DNA of 64,000 nucleotides from Bdellovibrionales bacterium (GTDB lineage Bacteria; Pseudomonadota; Alphaproteobacteria; UBA9219): NCBI GenBank assembly GCA_041662785.1, contig JBAZRW010000001.1, positions 261,256 to 325,255 of the forward strand, read 5' to 3'. Shown piece by piece: positions 58,938 to 64,000 of this stretch (position 1 is its first letter; each line of letters starts with the position of its first letter). The notes under the pieces were generated by a model. It saw only the letters and a program-made list of their open reading frames with translations, ran no database searches and was not told where the DNA came from. The position numbers and the translations under genes were made by a program.

Positions 58938-60533
58938 TTGCCATCCCGTCCTATCCCCCCTATTCTCGCCCTGTTTTATCAGGGGGATTTCTTGCTCGCA
59001 CGCATAGGCACAGTCGCGTTTGAAGGCACATCCGTTTTGCCCATCGATGTTCAGGTTCAACTGTCGTCGGGCATGGTTGTTTTCAACATTGTAGGCCTAC
59101 CCGACAAGGCCGTGGGCGAAAGCCGCGAGCGCGTGCGCGGGGCGTTGCATGCCCTTGGCCTTTCCCTGCCGGCCAAAAGGATCACCATCAATCTGGCGCC
59201 TGCCGATGTCCTGAAAGAGGGCAGCCATTTCGACTTGCCCATCGCCTTGGCCGTTCTGGCCGCGATGGAGGTTCTCCCCAAAGAAGAGATTGCCGAATTC
59301 GTTTCGCTTGGGGAATTAGGCTTGGACGGAGCCACCGCCAAGGTCGCCGGAGTCCTTCCCGCCGCCGTTAGCGCCAATGCAAGGGGCAAAGGCCTTATCT
59401 GTCCCGCCGCCAACGGCGGTGAGGCCGTTTGGGCGGGCGAGGTCCTTAACGTGCTGGCCGCACCCTCCCTCCTGTCCCTCATCAACCACTTTAAAGGCGT
59501 ACAAGTCCTGACGCGCCCCGCCCTTAAGATTCAAACGGATTCCCATGCCCATGGGGGGCTGGATCTGCGCGATATCAAGGGGCAAGAGACCGCCAAACGC
59601 GCCCTAGAAGTCGTGGCCTCCGGTGGTCACAACCTTTTAATGATAGGGCCACCCGGATCGGGCAAAAGCATGCTGGCGGCGCGGCTGCCCGCCCTTTTGC
59701 CCCCACTCCAGCCCGATGAAGCGCTAGACGTTTCCATGATCCACTCGCTGGCGGGGCTTTTGGATGAAGGCAAATTGCTGCGACAAAGGCCCTTTCGCGA
59801 TCCCCACCATTCAGCAACGCTGCCCGCCCTCATCGGCGGCGGCGTCCGCGCCAAACCGGGGGAGATTTCTCTAGCCCATAACGGCGTCCTCTTCCTTGAC
59901 GAGCTGCCGGAGTTCCAACGCAGCACGCTGGAAGCCCTGCGCCAACCCCTTGAAACGGGCCGCGCCGTCGTGTCCCGCGCCAATCACCACGTCACCTATC
60001 CCGCCCGCATCCAGCTTGTCGCCGCGATGAACCCTTGCCGCTGTGGCCATATGGCGGACCCCAGCCAAGCCTGTGGCCGCGCCCCCAAATGTGCCATGGA
60101 TTACCAATCCCGCATTTCAGGGCCGATGTTCGACCGCATCGATTGCCATGTGGACGTGCCCGCCGTCAGCCCTGCCGACCTGTCCCTGCCCCTATCGGCC
60201 GAAGGCTCTGCCGAGGTCGCCGCCCGCGTGGCCGCCACCCGCGCCATCCAGACGGAGCGCTTTACCGCCCTTACGCGGGCGGGCGAAGGAGGCCCCGTCA
60301 TCCGCACAAATGCCGAGGCGGATGGCGAGCTGCTTGAAAAGATCGCGCCGTTGGACGATGCCGGACGCGCCCTGTTGATGAAGGCCTCCGAACAGCTCAA
60401 ACTATCTGCAAGGGGCTATCACCGGATGCTGCGCGTAGCGCGAACGCTGGCCGATATGGAAGGCGCAGGCGCGATCCAGCGCGTCCACATCGCCGAGGCC
60501 CTCTCCTATCGCCGCCTGTCCTTCGCACGGTAG
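58938..60533 (+). CDS. comM: Mg-chelatase-like AAA+ protein ComM/YifB
   Basis: 531 aa. N-terminal Lon-like domain, AAA+ GPPGSGKSMLA, C-terminal ChlI domain. Confidence 0.85.
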   Translation: MPSRPIPPILALFYQGDFLLARIGTVAFEGTSVLPIDVQVQLSSGMVVFNIVGLPDKAVGESRERVRGALHALGLSLPAKRITINLAPADVLKEGSHFDLPIALAVLAAMEVLPKEEIAEFVSLGELGLDGATAKVAGVLPAAVSANARGKGLICPAANGGEAVWAGEVLNVLAAPSLLSLINHFKGVQVLTRPALKIQTDSHAHGGLDLRDIKGQETAKRALEVVASGGHNLLMIGPPGSGKSMLAARLPALLPPLQPDEALDVSMIHSLAGLLDEGKLLRQRPFRDPHHSATLPALIGGGVRAKPGEISLAHNGVLFLDELPEFQRSTLEALRQPLETGRAVVSRANHHVTYPARIQLVAAMNPCRCGHMADPSQACGRAPKCAMDYQSRISGPMFDRIDCHVDVPAVSPADLSLPLSAEGSAEVAARVAATRAIQTERFTALTRAGEGGPVIRTNAEADGELLEKIAPLDDAGRALLMKASEQLKLSARGYHRMLRVARTLADMEGAGAIQRVHIAEALSYRRLSFAR

Positions 60534-60698
60534 GGGGGCGCTCCCCTAAAACAAATCGGCATGGGTTCCCGTTCTCATTAATAAATCAGTTAGTTGAATT
60601 GCTTCTTGGGGGTTCGAATAACACGATTAATATGGCTCTCTTGCTATTTCGTATATTTTGTTTGTTTCGTTTATTGCTTTTAAAGGATATTGGCTCTA

Positions 60699-60751
60699 TC
60701 ATAGTTCACAGGCGTCCATAGCAGTTCGTAGATGTCCACATGAGTTCAGGG
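60699..60751 (+). promoter_or_regulatory. Three iterated 16-18-bp direct repeats (candidate operator) upstream of the HTH-PIN operon
   Basis: tcatagttcacagg / tccatagcagttcgtag / tccacatgagttcaggg, core CAyAGnAGTTCrnrG, ending 9 nt before the GGGAGG RBS. Confidence 0.45.
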
Positions 60752-60759
60752 AGGCTCAA

Positions 60760-61230
60760 ATGCGCCCACACAAAGAAGATCTAACATCTGTTTTTCCGCC
60801 CAGTGCCATTGATATAGCCCTTGCCGGAGACGCGAGCCGCCTATTGGCACGTTATGCACGGCCCGCGGGTAAAGATGCTGTCAAAGTTCAGTTTCTTGAA
60901 AATGGGAAATCCGGCGAAATAGCTTTGCCTGCTGTTGCGGTTCGGCTTCTGTTGAACATCTTGAATGATATGGCAAAGGGAAGTGCTGTTACCGTTATCC
61001 CCGTTCACGCTGAATTGACCACACAACAAGCGGCAGACTTCCTGAACGTGTCCCGCCCCTTTTTTGTTGGCCTCCTTGAGAAAGGGGATATAAAATACAA
61101 AAAGGTCGGGACTCATCGTCGCGTTCGTTTCGAGGACATTCTTTCCTACAAGAAAAAAATCGAAAGCGAACAAGATGAAGCCTTGAAAGAGTTGGCAACA
61201 GAGGCTCAGGAACTCAACATGGGATACTGA
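60760..61230 (+). CDS. Excisionase/MerR-type HTH DNA-binding protein (putative antitoxin of the PIN toxin)
   Basis: Start at MRPHKEDL. The C-terminus TTQQAADFLNVSRPFFVGLLEKGDIKYKKVGTHRRVRFEDI is an excisionase-family HTH. A 1-nt gap separates it from the PIN gene. Confidence 0.55.
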   Translation: MRPHKEDLTSVFPPSAIDIALAGDASRLLARYARPAGKDAVKVQFLENGKSGEIALPAVAVRLLLNILNDMAKGSAVTVIPVHAELTTQQAADFLNVSRPFFVGLLEKGDIKYKKVGTHRRVRFEDILSYKKKIESEQDEALKELATEAQELNMGY

Positions 61231-61231
61231 T

Positions 61232-61801
61232 TTGGCGACATTCACAGCCCTTTTTGATGCATGTGTTCTCTATCCCGCGCCGATTAGAGATATCCTTTTG
61301 CACCTTGCCCAAACAGGATTGTTTCGCGCCAAATGGACAGATCACATCCATGACGAATGGACGCGCAACCTTCTCGCAAATCGTGCGGATTTGTCTGAGG
61401 AAAGCCTCTTGAGAACACGCGCCCTCATGAATAAGGCGGTTCTTGATTGTCTCGTGCAGGACTATGAAAATTTGATTGAGGCTTTGGTCTTGCCCGATCC
61501 AAATGACCGCCATGTTCTCGCTGCCGCTATTCGTTGTCGCGCCGATGTAATTGTAACCTACAATCTGAAAGATTTTCCGGAAGACATTTTAAGAAAACAA
61601 GACATTCAAGCCCAGCATCCGGACGAGTTTATTTCACACCTTATCGACCTTTCCCCCGGTGTTGTCTGTTCTGCAGTTAAACGGATGCGTGTGAATCTTA
61701 AGAATCCGCCATGCGGCGTCGGACAGCTTTTCGGCACGCTTGAGGGGCTGGGTCTTGTGCAAACCGTTTCTGCTCTCAGAGATTATGCGGAGGTTTTATA
61801 A
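61232..61801 (+). CDS. PIN-domain ribonuclease (VapC-like toxin)
   Basis: 189 aa. FDACVLY (N-terminal Asp), ...VLAAAIRCRADVIVTYNLKDF (conserved acidic residues of the PIN fold). Confidence 0.55.
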   Translation: MATFTALFDACVLYPAPIRDILLHLAQTGLFRAKWTDHIHDEWTRNLLANRADLSEESLLRTRALMNKAVLDCLVQDYENLIEALVLPDPNDRHVLAAAIRCRADVIVTYNLKDFPEDILRKQDIQAQHPDEFISHLIDLSPGVVCSAVKRMRVNLKNPPCGVGQLFGTLEGLGLVQTVSALRDYAEVL

Positions 61802-62298
61802 TGGCGCTAATCATGGAAGACATCAAGACAATCGCCGATATTCTTACTCCCTGCCTGATTGCTCTATTTGGATTTGTGCTGTTACGTCACGTGGAGGGCA
61901 TAAAAACAAAAGCCGTTAGAGAATCGGACTACCTAGTCAAACATGCGGATTATTTCCTAACTGCAGCACAGGAATTTCTTGTGGTTCACGAAAAAGCCTT
62001 GGCTTTGTGCTCCCTTTTAAGTGATGGCGTAAACTTAGGAGAAGATATAAAAAACACCTTGTCCGAAAAACTTAAATTATTGCTTGAGCCAATGCTAGAA
62101 ATAGAACTACGCCTTCGGCGTTATGCTCCATTCGCCCCGACACAAGGGGAACAAATTATTTTATCTGCAAAGCGGTGTAATAATATGTTGTTTACAGTGC
62201 TTAATAAAAAAATGGGCTACAAAAGCCAAACGGCTTATGTTGATTGCCTTTCAGAAGAATTATTTGAACGACATCAAACGTTAATGCCCGCAGGATGA
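61801..62298 (+). CDS. Hypothetical protein (low-GC, N-terminal TM)
   Basis: 165-aa ORF whose ATG overlaps the PIN gene stop (TAATG). AT-rich relative to the window. Confidence 0.35.
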   Translation: MALIMEDIKTIADILTPCLIALFGFVLLRHVEGIKTKAVRESDYLVKHADYFLTAAQEFLVVHEKALALCSLLSDGVNLGEDIKNTLSEKLKLLLEPMLEIELRLRRYAPFAPTQGEQIILSAKRCNNMLFTVLNKKMGYKSQTAYVDCLSEELFERHQTLMPAG

Positions 62299-62303
62299 AC
62301 CCC

Positions 62304-62555
62304 TCAAAAAGGAGATTGCCCTAATTCTAGAGTGTCATCAGATACGGAATAAATAAGCAGCCAATCCGGTTCGATGTGACACTCCATATAGGAAGACCAG
62401 TTCCCCGTCAGACGATGGGGTTTGTGCCGAGCACGCAAAGGAACCTGTCTGCTTAACAAATCGACAATATCCCAAAGTTTATCTAGATCAAGCCCACGGC
62501 GCACGGCAAGCTTTGCGTCCTTCTCAAACCGTTTATGGGTTACTACCCCTAACAT
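62304..62555 (-). CDS. yafQ: YafQ-family (RelE/ParE superfamily) mRNA interferase toxin
   Basis: 83 aa. ...DAKLAVRRGLDLDKLWDIVDLL...HRLTGNWSSYMECHIEPDWLLIYSVSDDTLEL parallels E. coli YafQ (...HPLQGSWKGYRDAHVEPDWILIYKLTD...). Confidence 0.75.
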   Translation of the reverse strand: MLGVVTHKRFEKDAKLAVRRGLDLDKLWDIVDLLSRQVPLRARHKPHRLTGNWSSYMECHIEPDWLLIYSVSDDTLELGQSPF

Positions 62556-62839
62556 TTTACCTTTCGTGTTTTTGCAGGACGTCCCTCGACAACACGGCGC
62601 AAATCGGAAACAGCTTTATAGGCTTTCATGTTTTTCCCCTCTATCCCCTCTTTAAGAACAAGGCGCGTGGTTGCATTGGGGATACGGACTTCAAAGGGAA
62701 GACCATTTCGCAAAACAATTTGGCGAAAAAAAAGCGTCACCGCATCGGATGTCGAAAGCCCGACTTGACACAAAACGGCCTCAACTGATTTTTTAAGATC
62801 CGGCGCAACCCGCGTATGAACGACTTCTGATTTTTGCAT
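62549..62839 (-). CDS. dinJ: DinJ/RelB-family antitoxin
   Basis: 96 aa. TRVAPDLKKSVEAVLCQVGLSTSDAVTLFFRQIVLRNGLPFEVRIPN, a ribbon-helix-helix like DinJ. It overlaps yafQ by 7 nt. Confidence 0.7.
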   Translation of the reverse strand: MQKSEVVHTRVAPDLKKSVEAVLCQVGLSTSDAVTLFFRQIVLRNGLPFEVRIPNATTRLVLKEGIEGKNMKAYKAVSDLRRVVEGRPAKTRKVKC

Positions 62840-62860
62840 AGGCTTTCTCCCTGTTGCCTA

Positions 62861-62882
62861 ATTGTATCACGTTCGTGATACA
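62861..62882. promoter_or_regulatory. Perfect 22-bp palindrome (candidate DinJ-YafQ operator)
   Basis: ttgtatcacg-tt-cgtgatacaa, 22 nt upstream of the dinJ start. Confidence 0.5.
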
Positions 62883-63109
62883 AACACAAACCCTCCCTCC
62901 GTTTATTTGTGTCGCCGCCTGTCCTTTACGCGTTAGGAAACGGCCTCCTCCAGCCAAAACAAAGCATTAAGGCTTTCCCTTGCTTTGCTTTTTTCTTGAA
63001 ACTATTTCGGGTTCGTTGTTTGGGCCTGAAAAAAAGCATACAATGCGGCACAGCAATTTCACCCCTTTATTTTTAAGAAGCGGATTTTTCAACCTGCGCG
63101 AGCGTCGTG

Positions 63110-64000
63110 ATGGGCATCTCTCTTCGCCCTCAAACAGAGCATCAGAACGATGTAGCCTCCTTTTTAAAGGACGTTAGCCGCGCCACCAAATATAGCCTCA
63201 GCCCCAACATCCGCGCCCTAATCTACACAGAGGATCTGAGCGACATCGCCCCCAGTGAATCGATCCGCTTTCTTGCCAAACACGGCCTTCCTTTTCCCAA
63301 AGACAATGACCTTCTCTGGGTCGAAGGAGGCATGTCCTCCCACGACACCGAACACGGCTCACACGGCCTTTTGTTTAAGCGCCACGCGGATGGCCAAGGC
63401 TTTACGGTGCGCGACGCCCAAATCATCGGCGACACAACATCGACGGCAAAAACGGTCAAGCAAATGATCAAAGGTAAACAGGCCAATCCCTTGCTGGCAG
63501 GCATCTATTGCAACCAAAGGACAGGCGCTTTGTGCGGCCTGTCAGGCTGCGGGGTTGAGCTGCGCCTTGGCGGCACGGACGCCGAACCTCACCACACCAT
63601 GACGATGACGGGTCTTGAGGCCTTCACCCAAGAAGACGAAAGACGGGGCGACGATCGCCTTCACAAGGAGCCTGCCGCCATGCAAGAATCCCTTCGCAGC
63701 GATCTGCGAAATTTGCTGCGTTTTTCGCTGCACGTAATGACCTTTATGGCGCATGAAAAACTGGAGCGCGACGCTTTGGCTCAAACAGGCGCGATTATGC
63801 CCCCGATCAAGAAAGAATCGGGCAGCTCCTTTCTTCCGGCCATCAGCAAAACGTATCGTGGACGGCTCAACCAGATGGAATCGCCCCATGAGTTGAGACG
63901 GTTCTTAGGCGTGACCCCGATCCCTACCCCCCTCTTGTCCAACACGCTCCCCGATTTTATCGACTACGCCTTGGCCGAAGAAAAAACCTTAAAAGTTACT
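63110..64000 (+). CDS. Hypothetical protein, 5' part (open to the window end)
   Basis: Manual translation from the ATG at 63110 (preceded by an in-frame TAA at 63074) gives 297 codons with no stop, to the end of the window: MGISLRPQTEHQNDVASFLKD... It is absent from the ORF track because it has no stop. No motif recognised. Confidence 0.4.
   Translation, partial: MGISLRPQTEHQNDVASFLKDVSRATKYSLSPNIRALIYTEDLSDIAPSESIRFLAKHGLPFPKDNDLLWVEGGMSSHDTEHGSHGLLFKRHADGQGFTVRDAQIIGDTTSTAKTVKQMIKGKQANPLLAGIYCNQRTGALCGLSGCGVELRLGGTDAEPHHTMTMTGLEAFTQEDERRGDDRLHKEPAAMQESLRSDLRNLLRFSLHVMTFMAHEKLERDALAQTGAIMPPIKKESGSSFLPAISKTYRGRLNQMESPHELRRFLGVTPIPTPLLSNTLPDFIDYALAEEKTLKVT

Noticed and set aside
60600-60625. 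Possible tRNA gene (GGGGGTTCGAAT T-loop-like motif)
   Set aside because: The motif is followed by aacacg rather than the complementary CCCCC and acceptor stem, and no cloverleaf can be built. At most it is a remnant fragment, mentioned in the island finding.
63223-63889. Minus-strand ORFs of 93 and 115 aa
   Set aside because: They are antisense to a much longer plus-strand open frame (63110 to the window end, at least 297 codons without a stop), which was preferred.

Overview
The window looks like an alphaproteobacterial chromosome. Supporting marks are a groES-groEL pair, gltX, a GcrA-like gene, a LexA gene preceded by GTTC-N7-GTTC SOS boxes, and flgE-flgK-flgL behind a canonical sigma54 promoter. 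It carries a large, scattered set of Dot/Icm-like (type IVB / IncI-like) secretion genes in three loci, all on the minus strand and separated by housekeeping genes.

Locus A (1-21.7 kb): an R64-like type IVb pilus cluster (GspF-like platform, GspE-like ATPase, PilP/PilO-like proteins, a secretin-like lipoprotein). It runs directly into an IcmT-like ORF, dotB, dotC, dotD, a DsbC/TrbB-like oxidoreductase and a lytic transglycosylase. Upstream sits a tandem array of four secreted cysteine-rich paralogues, a second paralogue pair and an Ivy-like lipoprotein.

Locus B (27.1-35.3 kb): dotJ/dotI-dotH-dotG-dotF-dotE-dotP-dotN in the same order as Legionella region II.

Locus C (51.3-58.8 kb): dotO, dotM, an unknown gene and dotL, fused to a glycosyltransferase and pta-ackA.

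Other content: a low-GC Sel1-repeat gene, comEC, comM, trmL, an O-antigen-ligase-like gene, and a 3' low-GC islet with an HTH-PIN toxin-antitoxin pair and a dinJ-yafQ pair.

Structured non-coding elements:
- a heptamer-repeat hairpin between groES and groEL;
- a ~190-bp nested palindrome after groEL;
- an 84-bp composite hairpin;
- a bidirectional terminator between dotF and dotE;
- operator-like repeats at both toxin-antitoxin loci.

flgE and flgK share a ~100-residue inserted module with DNA-level similarity.

All calls are from reading the sequence and the ORF translations; no database search was run.
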